Virus record (IMG/VR): IMGVR_UViG_3300042465_000688
Coordinates: 1 to 26,120 of that record
Length of the DNA: 26,120 nucleotides
Direction: 5' to 3' (one strand)
Source of the DNA: a virus
Lineage: Duplodnaviria; Caudoviricetes
Shown here: piece after piece, positions 15,298 through 24,692 of the stretch
How the letters are laid out: each line of letters begins with the position of its first letter
Position numbering within the stretch: the stretch's first letter is position 1
Notes under the pieces: generated by a model
The model's database searches: none
The model's input: only the letters and a program-made list of their open reading frames with translations
What the model was told of the DNA's origin: nothing
Program-made: the position numbers and the translations under genes

Positions 15298-17764
15298 GCT
15301 TGTTCTGAATAGCCACGTTATTCTGTGTGCCAGTGATGTCAGACTCTAAAACATACACTTGATTGATTCCAGCTGATTGCTGTGCAGCCAATGCAGTAAG
15401 ATCAGTCTGCTGTGTATTTGTGTTAGCATTGGCACCACCTAATTCATTGGCTGAAGCTCCGGCAGATACACCTCCGCTAGTGTCAAATGTTGGCGCAGTT
15501 CCTGATTGATATTTTGTTGCAGCAATGGCAGCTATTTGTGTAGCACCAATCAAGGCAGCTGATGCTATGGCAGCAATACCAGCTGGTGATGGAGGAGGAC
15601 CAAACTGAGCAATCCCCTTGACAATAGCTGATGCAGTATCTATAGCTGCTTGACCTATTCTCAGAATCTTATCACGTTCAAATTGTTTCTTTTTAATAGC
15701 CTCAAGTGCATTGAAATTCTTAAGCTCAATCTGATACTTTGCAGCTGCATAGTTGTCATCAATTGCTTTCTTTTGTTCAGCTGTCAAGTTCTGACCTTCC
15801 AGCTCTTTCTTGTGCTTGGCATCCAATGCAGACAGCTCATCATTTGCTCTTGTTTGCATGTTCTGCATCCTTGCATCTTCTAATGAGCTAAAGGCATCAT
15901 TTAACGCACTGAATTGGTCAAAGATAAACTGAGCATTATCCAGCTGTTTTTGAAGTCTTTCAGCATTGTATTTGTCCTGAATCTTACTGATCTCTTGTTG
16001 CTGTTGCTCTTCTAGCTTAGTGATATCAAGGCCATATTGTTTGGCACCCTCAATCAGCTTAAAGTATTTATCTGTGACTGCTTGCTCTTCTGTCTGTTGA
16101 GCAGTCAATAAAGCCGCATTATATTCATCAAAGAAAGCCTCTTCTGTTGCAATCTCTTCTCTTCTGAGAGCTTCTTTTCTGTTGAATTCAGCTATATCAA
16201 GATCTCTTTTTTCTTTCGCTGTCTTTTCAGCCAGATCAATCTCTATCTGTTGATACTTAGCCTCAATATCATTCAAGGAATTTTTCAAAGCCAGCCTTAA
16301 TGTAGTAGTATCTTGATTGTTTTTGACTGCTAGTGCTATAACCTCGTTAAATTTCTTCTGTTCTGCTGCAATTTCTTGCTCCTTATTGGAAAGCATTGAT
16401 AGATTGAAGGCATCCTCAACCTCTTTTATCTTAGCTAAATCTTGCTTTCTTTGCTCTCTTGCCTTATCAGCAGCAGCCTTTGCCTTATCAGCTTGGTCCT
16501 TCTGTACTTTCTCAGCATTCTCAGCTACCTTCTTAGCGTTATCTTGTACCTTCTTAACATTCTCAGCTGCATCAATTGCTCTCTGCTGCTTGATATCTGC
16601 ATAGTAGTCTTTGGCTTGTTGGCCCAGCTTGACATATCTTTCTCTTGATGCAGTCAATTGCTCTCTGATCTTGGCAGCTTCATCCTCATTCCCTTGATCC
16701 AGCATCTGCTGATATCTCTTCTGTAAGTTCTGGAATGCATACTGCTCTTTTACTCTTGCATCTTGGCGAGCCTTCGCTAGTATCTCAAGATTCTTGATCT
16801 CAGCCTTGGTGATCTCTTCATCAGTTGCACCAGCAGCCTTCATCAAAGCTATTCTGTTGCTAGTATATTTCTGCAATGCACTGAATGAATCATCAAGAGC
16901 TTTACGGCCATTCTCAAGGCTCTTATTGAATTTCTCATTTGACTCAGCAGCTTCAGCACTATTATCACCAAATGCAATAAAGGCTCCAGCTATAGCAGCT
17001 AGTGCAGCAATGATCAAGAATATTGGATTGGCTTTCATCACAGCATTCAATGCTTTCATGGCCAATGTTCCCAAATTGGTAGCAACAGCAGCAGCTTTCT
17101 GTGCTGTGCTCATGGCTGTAGTGGCCACAGCATTACCAGTAGTCACTGCTGTATTCTCAACTATGAATGCATTCTGAATTTTCTGCGCTACATTTCTGAG
17201 CTGGATTCCTAGAATAGCCTCTTTATTCAAGTTGTTGGCAACAGTTGAAACGGCATTCACCACACCTTGCACAGCTTGCAGCTTCACCATTGTCTGCACC
17301 AATTGCTCAGACTCTACACCAGTCAATGCAATGGCTGACTGAAAGCCTCCAAATACAGCTGCTCCAGTTTCTATTCCAGCTAGTGTTGTATCAAGGCCCA
17401 CGAAGTCTGATGATAGTGCTGTTGTTGCAGCCTTTAGATCACCAATCTCATCTTTCAATGCAGCAGCATTACGGATGGCATCTGCACCCACCGGTGACTC
17501 AACACCAGCTTGAGCTGCTATAGTCTGATATTGCTTCATGACTTGAGTCATCTCTCTCAAGCTCAATCCTCCAGCTTCAACCCTTGCATTAAGTTCTGCT
17601 AGTTTCTCAGCAAAGGCATCTGTGCCAGCATCTGATGCAGCAGTTTTCTGTGTTGCTTGCAGATCCTTATTCAGATTGTTGACTGCCTTGTCAAATGATT
17701 GTACATCTTGTACACTGTTGCCAGTGTCAACCCGTAGTGAAAATACTGCTTCCTTATTTGCCAT
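15284..17764 (-). CDS. Tape measure protein
   Basis: About 826 aa from MANKEAV (ATG 17764). Ala-rich helical, hydrophobic MKANPIFLIIAALAAIAG segment, long coiled coils. Confidence 0.85.
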   Translation of the reverse strand: MANKEAVFSLRVDTGNSVQDVQSFDKAVNNLNKDLQATQKTAASDAGTDAFAEKLAELNARVEAGGLSLREMTQVMKQYQTIAAQAGVESPVGADAIRNAAALKDEIGDLKAATTALSSDFVGLDTTLAGIETGAAVFGGFQSAIALTGVESEQLVQTMVKLQAVQGVVNAVSTVANNLNKEAILGIQLRNVAQKIQNAFIVENTAVTTGNAVATTAMSTAQKAAAVATNLGTLAMKALNAVMKANPIFLIIAALAAIAGAFIAFGDNSAEAAESNEKFNKSLENGRKALDDSFSALQKYTSNRIALMKAAGATDEEITKAEIKNLEILAKARQDARVKEQYAFQNLQKRYQQMLDQGNEDEAAKIREQLTASRERYVKLGQQAKDYYADIKQQRAIDAAENVKKVQDNAKKVAENAEKVQKDQADKAKAAADKAREQRKQDLAKIKEVEDAFNLSMLSNKEQEIAAEQKKFNEVIALAVKNNQDTTTLRLALKNSLNDIEAKYQQIEIDLAEKTAKEKRDLDIAEFNRKEALRREEIATEEAFFDEYNAALLTAQQTEEQAVTDKYFKLIEGAKQYGLDITKLEEQQQQEISKIQDKYNAERLQKQLDNAQFIFDQFSALNDAFSSLEDARMQNMQTRANDELSALDAKHKKELEGQNLTAEQKKAIDDNYAAAKYQIELKNFNALEAIKKKQFERDKILRIGQAAIDTASAIVKGIAQFGPPPSPAGIAAIASAALIGATQIAAIAATKYQSGTAPTFDTSGGVSAGASANELGGANANTNTQQTDLTALAAQQSAGINQVYVLESDITGTQNNVAIQNKLSVW

Positions 17765-17774
17765 GTCTATATTC

Positions 17775-17800
17775 AAAAAAAGGCTAGTTGCCCAGCCTTT
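17775..17800 (-). terminator. Intrinsic terminator directly upstream of the tape measure gene
   Basis: AAAGGCTGG-GCAA-CTAGCCTTT followed by TTTT. Confidence 0.8.
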
Positions 17801-17819
17801 ATAAAGTTAATATTTTATT

Positions 17820-18077
17820 TTATTCCCCTGGAGGGAATGGTGGTGTAGGTTTAGGATTGTAAGGTATTAAATCCAAGTCCTTAACCCATAGAAAATCTAC
17901 GTTTGTGCAGAAGTTCATCTCCTCAGTTGAGATTATCCAATTATCATCCGCATCTTGAATAGGATTGAAGTAGCTATCATCAGTGTATTGCTGACCTACT
18001 AATTCATCTTTCTGTACCTCTGTAAGCAGTCCTACATAGTTAGGATATTCTGCTTGTGTTATGTCTATTAGTTTCAT
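17820..18077 (-). CDS. Small protein accompanying the fibre tip gene (chaperone/accessory)
   Basis: GLLTEVQKDELVGQ...YFNPIQDADDNWIIS; coupled to the upstream gene by a TAATG overlap. Confidence 0.55.
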   Translation of the reverse strand: MKLIDITQAEYPNYVGLLTEVQKDELVGQQYTDDSYFNPIQDADDNWIISTEEMNFCTNVDFLWVKDLDLIPYNPKPTPPFPPGE

Positions 18078-18865
18078 TATACTTGTCTTGATAATGTAGT
18101 TTGAAACGCTTGTACCGCAGTGTAGAAGTTAGCTGCTTGAGTATCAGTTAATCCATCACCTATAGTAGCAAATGCACATTCTCTATTACCAAATTGTACT
18201 GCTGTTCCAGAATCATTCCTCGCATTTAAATAAAATTTATAATTAGGAAGTGTTAGAGTTTGAGCTGTTGTATTGGTTACTAATGAAGTGCCATTTCTAA
18301 ATATTTTTTGGCTTGTTGAAGATGCTATATTTGCTACAAAATGTCCTACACCTGTAGTATCATTTCCAAATATTCTATGTGAAGAGTAGTCATATCCATC
18401 AAACATTACTTGAGTTGATGAATTATAAATATATAGTGCAAATATTTTAGTTGATTCTCTTACTCCAAAATCAATTCTTTCTAAACTACCTTGATTCCTT
18501 GAATAATAAGATATGTGCCCTGAATTCAAAGTCATATTTGAAGATGCATTAAATCCCGTGTCGCCATACGCATTTGTTATACTTGGCAAGGCACCTGTGC
18601 TGCTATGAGTCCATCCACCATTAAATGTGATTTGATAGGCAGCAGTATTCATAAAGTTATATGAATGCTTACCCGCAGTGCCACCTACCATAGGATACAA
18701 AGCCTTCATCTTAGAAGTAAGTCCATAGGTAGTTAAGTCTGTCTCAAGTGTATTCAACGCACCTAAAATAGTTAAGTCCGTTTCTCCCGTAGCAGCTATC
18801 CACGCAGTAGTTAGTGTGCCGTATGATGGCCCACTTGGCTGCACTAAATATGGATTGATTATCAT
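18077..18865 (-). CDS. Putative receptor-binding / lectin (LamG/ConA-like) tail protein
   Basis: MIINPY N-terminus, beta-rich core (QKIFRNG, FATIGDGLT), C-terminal FQTTLSRQV. Confidence 0.6.
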   Translation of the reverse strand: MIINPYLVQPSGPSYGTLTTAWIAATGETDLTILGALNTLETDLTTYGLTSKMKALYPMVGGTAGKHSYNFMNTAAYQITFNGGWTHSSTGALPSITNAYGDTGFNASSNMTLNSGHISYYSRNQGSLERIDFGVRESTKIFALYIYNSSTQVMFDGYDYSSHRIFGNDTTGVGHFVANIASSTSQKIFRNGTSLVTNTTAQTLTLPNYKFYLNARNDSGTAVQFGNRECAFATIGDGLTDTQAANFYTAVQAFQTTLSRQV

Positions 18866-19368
18866 GCTCTTGTTCCTATGATAGTAACTTTCAAACCTTT
18901 CGCAGTTCCATCACCAATTTGGTCAATGTCAATAGTTATCTCAGCATCATCTGCTAGTGCAGTGTCAGATATCACTGGAGCAGTTGCAGCTGTTGTAGAT
19001 GTCTTTTCAGTGTTGTCTATAGTTAGCTTTGTACTTAGTATAGTTGTGCCACCTTCATTGATGTCAACAGTGAAGATACTACCTGATGCTTGAGCAGTAG
19101 ATAGTGAAGCACGAACAGCAGTCACTGTCATTGCATAAGGCATTCTGAAAGTAACTTTTGCAGTACCAGTTGTCAGTGCTGTAGTTTCATCTGATGCAGC
19201 CACCTGGATCTCAGTAGGCAGACCAGTCTGAGCTAATGCTTTGATGTTCGCACCAGTTACACTGCGTGATGTATATAAACCACCTCCAGCTGACTGAGAT
19301 ATCTCAATTAAATCTGTTGTTGCTAGTGTTGCCCCTTTGGCCGTTAAGCCTGATATCTTTACTCCCAT
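18862..19368 (-). CDS. Tail fibre-associated structural protein
   Basis: N-terminal VKISGL, then a Thr/Ala-rich beta domain ending GLKVTIIG. Confidence 0.6.
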   Translation of the reverse strand: MGVKISGLTAKGATLATTDLIEISQSAGGGLYTSRSVTGANIKALAQTGLPTEIQVAASDETTALTTGTAKVTFRMPYAMTVTAVRASLSTAQASGSIFTVDINEGGTTILSTKLTIDNTEKTSTTAATAPVISDTALADDAEITIDIDQIGDGTAKGLKVTIIGTRA

Positions 19369-19371
19369 ATC

Positions 19372-19512
19372 TTATTCTGTTATTCGTTGTATGTTATCTT
19401 CTGTCATTCTGTTGATACCATCCTCAGATAGTCTGTTGAATAGCGCATCAGCCACAGCCTTAATGGCAGCAGTTGCACTATTGAACATCATTGTGAATCC
19501 GTATCCGTACAT
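19372..19512 (-). CDS. Small structural peptide (46 aa) ending in RITE repeats
   Basis: Below the track cutoff: MYGYGFTMMFNSATAAIKAVADALFNRLSEDGINRMTEDNIQRITE. Fits exactly between its neighbours. Confidence 0.7.
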   Translation of the reverse strand: MYGYGFTMMFNSATAAIKAVADALFNRLSEDGINRMTEDNIQRITE

Positions 19513-19513
19513 C

Positions 19514-19780
19514 TTACAAGATTAAAGCTACAGATCCTGATGTCAAGTCAATAGCTGAAAATTTGCGAGCTCCAGTACATCTGATCATTGCTCCAGCTTT
19601 CACAGCTGTACCAGGTGTAGTTATTAACTCAGCTTTGATGTCAACACCACCTACCTTGATGCTTGCAAAGATAGTGTCCTCAAGGACAAAGATTGCATCA
19701 TAAACTATTGTCTTTTCTGTAGTGTCATTCACTATCAATGTTCCCTGGCTTGCCACCAGTATTTCTTCCCAAACTGCCAT
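19514..19780 (-). CDS. Small beta-rich virion protein
   Basis: 88 aa ending FSAIDLTSGSV; tightly packed in the tail module. Confidence 0.55.
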   Translation of the reverse strand: MAVWEEILVASQGTLIVNDTTEKTIVYDAIFVLEDTIFASIKVGGVDIKAELITTPGTAVKAGAMIRCTGARKFSAIDLTSGSVALIL

Positions 19781-19782
19781 AT

Positions 19783-22185
19783 CTATTCTGTTATTCTAGT
19801 TAAATTATCTTCCGTTATTCTTGTCTGAGCTCCAGCTGTAAACTTGCCTTCTGTCTCTCTGAAGTTAGTTTTATCAGGGAGATAAGGTATCTCTATGTCA
19901 AAAGTTTGGATACTCTCTCCTTCTATTATGCGAATCAGTTCCACTAATGTAGTGTTATCCTTTCCACTATCGAAGTCTGATACCTTCTGAAGTCTATAGA
20001 TTACACCATCAATGTTGATCAGTTCCTTAAAGTTAAGCATGTTGATCATGCTGTTATCTATCTTGATGTAGCATGTTAATAACTTACCAAACCTAGATAT
20101 CACCTCCTTGATGTATCTCTCATGATAATGGAATAAGTTATTGGTAGTGTAGGCCGCATCTTGATAGAAGACATATTCAGGCACCCCAAAATTGAAGTCA
20201 AAAGTAGGTGATGTTAAGCTATTGAGATGGCCCACATAGGGATATGATCCCTCGGTGGTGGCAATACCATCCTCATCAATGTATTCCCATGTAGCTGAAG
20301 TCATTGGTCCTAGCTGCACAAGGAATGGTTTCCCCTTCTTGATAGCTATAGCTGATGTGCCATCTTGCTCAGTCTTGACTTGGAATGATCTTGGCACAAT
20401 GATATTGGTGAAGGTACTCTCATCTACTGGAATATTCACCAGCAGCTTCTGTGAGAATGGCAGCTTGAATTCAGTTGTATTCTTAGCGAATTGATTCTGT
20501 GAATCTAAGCTGAAGGCACCATACTGCTTTCTGACATCTTGTGCATAATAAAAGTTGTAATAGTCATCATCTTGCTCAAATACAAAGTTGTATGTGTTGC
20601 TCGCAAAGTTGATTGTAGGTGTCACCTTGTAATCTCTGCTATAGTCAACTAGATGAGTCCAGTTCAAGGCATCAGCTGATGAGTTATAGAAGTCATCCAT
20701 TGGCTCAATCTCAAGGATAGTGTTGTCATTTACATTAGGCTTGACATATAGATTGTATGCCGTAGTAATTCCCTTAAAGAATGTGGCACAATCCATTGTT
20801 GGCAGAAAGTTATCAATCAAGATAGTTCCTCCTGGCTCAAGTGATTGCTCAGATAATACGATATTGAGATCCGCTGTGTTGCTTGTGATGTTAGTATTCA
20901 ATGAGAAGGCCGTAGGAATGTCATCAGCCTCAACAGATGAATCATAAACATTCCACACTAGAACAAATTTGAGCTCATCATTGAAGGTCACAAATACATC
21001 TCTGCTATAGTCAAAGCTGATAGTAGCTGAATAGTCACCAGTACCATTGTCAAAGAATCCCTGGTACACATCATCTTGAGATATCACAAATCCATTCTTG
21101 TATATCTTCAGTACCAGCTTGAACCTGATCCATGTATCCACAAGATTGGCTCCAGTGATTGTAAAGTCAAGATTCAAGTCATGATCACCAACATAGTTGA
21201 TTCTCATGATGCCCTCAGTAGCCGATACAAAGCGCATGAATGTAGCAGCATTCTCAATCTGTCCAGCTGGATCAGATGTCACTGTAGCATTATACGCATC
21301 TGTAGTCACTGTATTCTGTAAGTCAGCTCTTCTATTGCCACCAAATACTAGATTCCATCCACTAGATAATGAAATGTCAGCATTGATAATGTGACCACTG
21401 GTGCCATTATCCTCTGTAGTATAGGCTGACAAGGCAAGTGAATCAGCTGCTGTGATTGTTGGCAATGATCCACCTTCAAAGGCCATGAGCATTCTCTTGA
21501 ATGTCTGACTCTCAAGGAAGGCTGATGACCAGCTGATGCCGCAGTAATCAAATGCCCTCTTCAGGATGTCATAGCAAAATACTTGTGGCGGAATATGCTC
21601 CACACCAAAGGCATCCACAGCTGGCCTATCATATCCATAGTCAATCAGTCCATAGTAGTACCCTAGTCCATCCCAGTTGGCTCCAGTCTTGTTGCTTGTT
21701 GGTACACCATTCACCTGGATAGTTCCAGCCCATGAATTCTCTTGATTGGCCTTGATTAGTGTATGTGTATATTCGGACCATGACAGCTCATTGATTCTGA
21801 TCTTGGATAGCAGTCCAATGTAGTCAATAGTTTCTGAGATCATGATGATAGAAAATCTCCACATGCCATTCATCCAGCTGCACTCAGTCAGCTGACATAT
21901 ACCATTGAACTGCAATAGACCTTGATCATAGTATCTAGCTGTGGCCTTGACTGACGGATCAAAGTTAAGGAATGCGCTTTGAGTATCTAGCACTGGCTCT
22001 GCTGCTGTCAAGCTAAATACTTGATACATCAGATATGTGTTTATCTTGGTACCAGGCAAAGTGATAGTCTTGGAATTATTCCCTTTCCTACTAGACAAAT
22101 CTCTGACATCACTGATGTTGTATGTCAATGGGAATGGCAGCCTTTCATCAAGGTCAACTCGTATATCATTGATGTATAGCTCCAT
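19783..22185 (-). CDS. Tail tip / baseplate hub-like protein
   Basis: 800 aa; N-terminal LTYNISDV...SKTITLPGT; C-terminal INIDGVIYRLQKV...VELIR. Confidence 0.6.
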   Translation of the reverse strand: MELYINDIRVDLDERLPFPLTYNISDVRDLSSRKGNNSKTITLPGTKINTYLMYQVFSLTAAEPVLDTQSAFLNFDPSVKATARYYDQGLLQFNGICQLTECSWMNGMWRFSIIMISETIDYIGLLSKIRINELSWSEYTHTLIKANQENSWAGTIQVNGVPTSNKTGANWDGLGYYYGLIDYGYDRPAVDAFGVEHIPPQVFCYDILKRAFDYCGISWSSAFLESQTFKRMLMAFEGGSLPTITAADSLALSAYTTEDNGTSGHIINADISLSSGWNLVFGGNRRADLQNTVTTDAYNATVTSDPAGQIENAATFMRFVSATEGIMRINYVGDHDLNLDFTITGANLVDTWIRFKLVLKIYKNGFVISQDDVYQGFFDNGTGDYSATISFDYSRDVFVTFNDELKFVLVWNVYDSSVEADDIPTAFSLNTNITSNTADLNIVLSEQSLEPGGTILIDNFLPTMDCATFFKGITTAYNLYVKPNVNDNTILEIEPMDDFYNSSADALNWTHLVDYSRDYKVTPTINFASNTYNFVFEQDDDYYNFYYAQDVRKQYGAFSLDSQNQFAKNTTEFKLPFSQKLLVNIPVDESTFTNIIVPRSFQVKTEQDGTSAIAIKKGKPFLVQLGPMTSATWEYIDEDGIATTEGSYPYVGHLNSLTSPTFDFNFGVPEYVFYQDAAYTTNNLFHYHERYIKEVISRFGKLLTCYIKIDNSMINMLNFKELINIDGVIYRLQKVSDFDSGKDNTTLVELIRIIEGESIQTFDIEIPYLPDKTNFRETEGKFTAGAQTRITEDNLTRITE

Positions 22186-23397
22186 CTATCCTAATTGTGA
22201 AATGTAGGTGTATGTTCTATCTATCTGTACTTGCTCCTGAATGAGTCCAGCTTTCCGTCTCTGCTTAAGTAGATAGTTAGCATTGGTGACGTTCACTGGC
22301 TCAAATATATCAAGGCCAAAATCATTCTGTAGATATACTCTTGGAGATTCATACAGATCCCTCACTAGCCATTGCTGCACCTCCTCATGAATCCAGTCTG
22401 AATTCAGAATGAGCTTGTCTTGCACACTTTTACTCACAGTCATCTGATGACCATCACTCAAGTCATATTCATAGCTGCTACCTACCCATCTGCCAGTTCT
22501 TTTGCTGTATCTATTTGATGTCACATCAGAGCTATCCTCAGATAACAAAGTGAAAGTAAAACTATCCCATGCACCATATTTATTTAGCCAAATCAATCTA
22601 CGTCTTGAATAGGCACTGCATGACTGATCGTAATATATTCTGTAAATCTCTGAATCCTTTGAGGCATCAGCAGTTTGCTTTAATTGGATAGTGTAGTAGT
22701 AGCAGTTATCAAAGTCAGCTTGTACCAATGATGTGCCACCTACCAATACAGACGGCCCCACACTAACCAAAGGTATCATAAGACCAGTTGCAAGTGCTCC
22801 AGTCCATGTAGCTGATGTGATCAAGGTACCACTGATATTGTATAGACTCACATATCCAGTGCAGTTATCAGATCCACTATTGATGATTGATAGATACTTT
22901 GCCTCTGAATAAGATACTAGATCCTTTCTATTTCTAGGAAAGTCAGTTAAAAATAAGTCACCTTTGCCACCAGTATCAAGGTCATAATCTTGAAAGTCCC
23001 ATCCTCCAGTAGTAGCATTCTCATATCTGAATGATCCATTCAAGAATCTGAATGTGCTGCTAGTTTCAGCAGATCCCATTTGCACCTCAGCTGGTGTGCC
23101 ATATCTTTCATAAACAATGATGTACCATCCATAGTCAGTTAGCAGCTCTTGCCCTAAAGTAGCTTGATCAGGATAGTTATTATTCAAGACCGCCCTACCA
23201 AGTGCTGAGATGTTGAACTTGCCAGCATCTCCATTCTCAGGGAATACTTGATGAGTAGAATTAAGGCCGCCATTGATATACACCTCAACAATGAATGAGA
23301 AGTTAGCTTGTCCAGTATTGTCTGATTCAAAGGTCCATTCTACATTATTGCAGATAGGCCAAAATGCCATTGGCTCATCTATTATCGTTATTGCCAT
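22186..23397 (-). CDS. Tail structural protein (distal tail-like)
   Basis: WLNKYGAWDSFTF and LYESPRVY motifs; directly precedes the hub-like gene. Confidence 0.55.
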   Translation of the reverse strand: MAITIIDEPMAFWPICNNVEWTFESDNTGQANFSFIVEVYINGGLNSTHQVFPENGDAGKFNISALGRAVLNNNYPDQATLGQELLTDYGWYIIVYERYGTPAEVQMGSAETSSTFRFLNGSFRYENATTGGWDFQDYDLDTGGKGDLFLTDFPRNRKDLVSYSEAKYLSIINSGSDNCTGYVSLYNISGTLITSATWTGALATGLMIPLVSVGPSVLVGGTSLVQADFDNCYYYTIQLKQTADASKDSEIYRIYYDQSCSAYSRRRLIWLNKYGAWDSFTFTLLSEDSSDVTSNRYSKRTGRWVGSSYEYDLSDGHQMTVSKSVQDKLILNSDWIHEEVQQWLVRDLYESPRVYLQNDFGLDIFEPVNVTNANYLLKQRRKAGLIQEQVQIDRTYTYISQLG

Positions 23398-23915
23398 GTT
23401 CTTGTATTTTTTGTGAATGATATTTCAAACATCAACCCAGTGACAGCAGCTAGATCATTTGCTATCTTATCAAGGACCTCATTGCTCATGACATTGGATG
23501 TGATATTGCGAGGCTTGATACCATACTTATTCTTGGTAGCTGATGCTGATGCATAGGCATGACTCAGATCATATCCTTTCCATTGCTGTATTGCCTTAGC
23601 ATGATTCTTTGAAACATTAGGATACTTAAAGCTGTAAGGTGTTTGGAATTTATTCTGTCCTACTGGATTGACACCCTCATCTTGAAACTTGTAGTACTCA
23701 TCTGATTCAACAGTGATTGTCAAAGGACCAGTTACAAAAGCTATAGTTGCAGCTGCTAGTCCTCCAGTATTGTTAACATTGTTGAAAATGTAATCTCTAA
23801 AGTTATCTGTTAGCTTATTACTTAGCTCAAGTATGAAGGCTTGATAGACATTGCTAGGCTGAGCTATATCACTTTGTGATAGTCCGAATTCTCCTAAAAA
23901 GTCTAGATCAGCCAT
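23388..23915 (-). CDS. Putative tail completion / neck protein
   Basis: NTGGL, YYKFQDEGV and GIKPRN motifs reminiscent of HK97 gp10-like morphogenesis proteins. Confidence 0.5.
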   Translation of the reverse strand: MADLDFLGEFGLSQSDIAQPSNVYQAFILELSNKLTDNFRDYIFNNVNNTGGLAAATIAFVTGPLTITVESDEYYKFQDEGVNPVGQNKFQTPYSFKYPNVSKNHAKAIQQWKGYDLSHAYASASATKNKYGIKPRNITSNVMSNEVLDKIANDLAAVTGLMFEISFTKNTRTWQ

Positions 23916-24168
23916 GTCTTTGTAATATGTAATCTTGTTCCGCTTTCAGCTTAAAGAAGTTCAGCCAAAACAATGTCTTTATGTATGGCTGACGCGTGAT
24001 AGTGTCCACATCTTTGCCAAGCTCTTGCGCCAGCTTGAGGAGGATTCTTGTCCACGTAAACCATTCGCTGTCTCTAAGAGTTTCTGATGCATTGTCTGAT
24101 TCTGATTCATCAGCCTCGCTGTCTGTATTCCCAAGATAGCGAGACTCCGCCTCTCTGATTCTCGCAAA
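23908..24168 (-). CDS. -1 frameshift extension of the 24692 gene (about 261-aa fusion product)
   Basis: An 86-codon open -1 frame without ATG starting at the U9 run: FARIREAESRYLG...EWFTWTRILLKLAQELGKDVDTITRQPYIKTLFWLNFFKLKAEQDYILQRHG*. It ends overlapping the next ATG. Confidence 0.7.
   Translation of the reverse strand, partial: FARIREAESRYLGNTDSEADESESDNASETLRDSEWFTWTRILLKLAQELGKDVDTITRQPYIKTLFWLNFFKLKAEQDYILQRHG
23926..23941 (-). promoter_or_regulatory. GGAACAA-N5-CATA motif copy before the tail gene block
   Basis: GGAACAA-GATTA-CATATT, 10 nt before ATG 23915. Confidence 0.55.
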
Positions 24169-24692
24169 AAAAAAGCGAAGAAATTCAGAAATTCATCACC
24201 AGGGAAGGCCCTCTTAAATATCTCTTCCCTCTTCTTATTGGGATTGATGACCTTGCCCCTCTCATCCTCTTGGCAGTATTCCATGCCCTCCTCAATGTAA
24301 CAGATAGCCAATGCCTCACATGGTGTTGAGCTGACATCCTCAATGAGCTTCATGTCAATGATCTGACCAGTCTCTATAGCACTAAAGTCCTTTTCAAATC
24401 TGTATCTCTTGCCTTCTATCTCAATGAATTCAGATGGCTCCTTAGTGCTGTATTGTGATAGCATATTCAGAAGTACACTACTGGCATTCATGATGTCATC
24501 AATGTGAATCTTTCTGACCTTGTTTATTGGCAGTCCAGTGAATATGCTGACAAGCTGTGACTGAAAGTCAAGCATGTTGATCAGTGACTTATCTGTCTGC
24601 TGGATGAATGGTGCCAGCATGAGCCACTTAGTGAGCTGATCAGGCCTACACTCTTGGATTGTCTGTGGATAGTTTACATCAATGGTTTTCAT
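23979..24692 (-). CDS. Putative tail assembly chaperone (unshifted product)
   Basis: 237-aa ORF coupled to the terminase by an ATGA overlap; contains a slippery T TTT TTT at FFAFFL. Confidence 0.55.
   Translation of the reverse strand: MKTIDVNYPQTIQECRPDQLTKWLMLAPFIQQTDKSLINMLDFQSQLVSIFTGLPINKVRKIHIDDIMNASSVLLNMLSQYSTKEPSEFIEIEGKRYRFEKDFSAIETGQIIDMKLIEDVSSTPCEALAICYIEEGMEYCQEDERGKVINPNKKREEIFKRAFPGDEFLNFFAFFLRESERRSLAILGIQTARLMNQNQTMHQKLLETANGLRGQESSSSWRKSLAKMWTLSRVSHT

Noticed and set aside
17820-19368. Diversity-generating retroelement target in the fibre tip genes
   Set aside because: No reverse transcriptase and no template/variable repeat pair seen in the window.
8330-21394. Many plus-strand ORFs in the track (e.g. 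9498-9770, 13311-13913, 16317-17523, 20255-21394)
   Set aside because: Antisense shadows of long minus-strand genes, mostly non-ATG starts, with no recognisable motifs.
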